From contig OZ024753.1 of the NCBI GenBank assembly GCA_964016885.1, positions 14,818,001 through 14,882,000 of the forward strand: 64,000 nucleotides of DNA. Reading direction: 5' to 3'. Positions 63,701 to 64,000 of this stretch are shown in pieces (positions within the stretch are counted from its first letter, which is position 1; every line of letters begins with the position of its first letter). The translations under genes were made by a program, and so were the position numbers. The notes beneath the pieces are model-generated. The model ran no database searches and was not told the origin of the DNA. It saw only the letters and a list, made by a program, of their open reading frames with translations. The stretch is from Eledone cirrhosa (Eukaryota).

Positions 63701-64000
63701 CATAAATAAAGTTTCATACATTTAACATGTATATGTGACCTTAGGTTTCAGGGTCGAGTTATGGCCAGCACTGTCTAGTAGCGGAAGCTCTTCAAAACTG
63801 ACCTCTCGTCAGGCGCTCGGACACATTTTCGTGTAAGACAGATTGACATGAAGTCAGGTTTGCAGCATACATGAAATTTATTGCATATGACAATTGTTTC
63901 GATATCGATCAGCTCAGGGTTTCATCATCATCACCATCATCTTCGTTTAATGTCCATCTTCCACGCTAGCACGGGTTAGACAATAATATTTGGGGCCCGA

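Overview
AT-rich, repeat-saturated eukaryotic DNA with no convincing host protein-coding exon. The repeat repertoire (tRNA-derived SINEs with RTE-type (ATG)n tails, RTE and CR1 LINEs, very long (TA)n/(CA)n tracts) fits an octopod cephalopod intron or intergenic region (inference). It contains about 24 copies of one tRNA-SINE, about 13 copies of a second modular SINE with interchangeable tails, several RTE LINE fragments, a near-complete but frameshifted CR1-type LINE, a Tc1/mariner deletion derivative, TTAA-flanked piggyBac-like MITEs, a Helitron-like element, and 61-bp and 28-bp minisatellites. The main signal not visible in the ORF track is about 20 type I minimal hammerhead ribozyme motifs (CUGANGA-stem II-GAAA-stem III-UH-stem I) from roughly 10 sequence-unrelated families. 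Nearly all sit in short 100-500 bp cassettes within or beside (TA)n tracts, often as head-to-head foldbacks with a one-sided tail carrying a shared GAGYRCY motif. They show compensatory stem changes and many different palindromic stem III sequences, consistent with Penelope-like element (PLE) pseudo-LTR remnants that cleave as dimers. All structures were read by eye; none was computed or tested, and coordinates may be off by a few bases.
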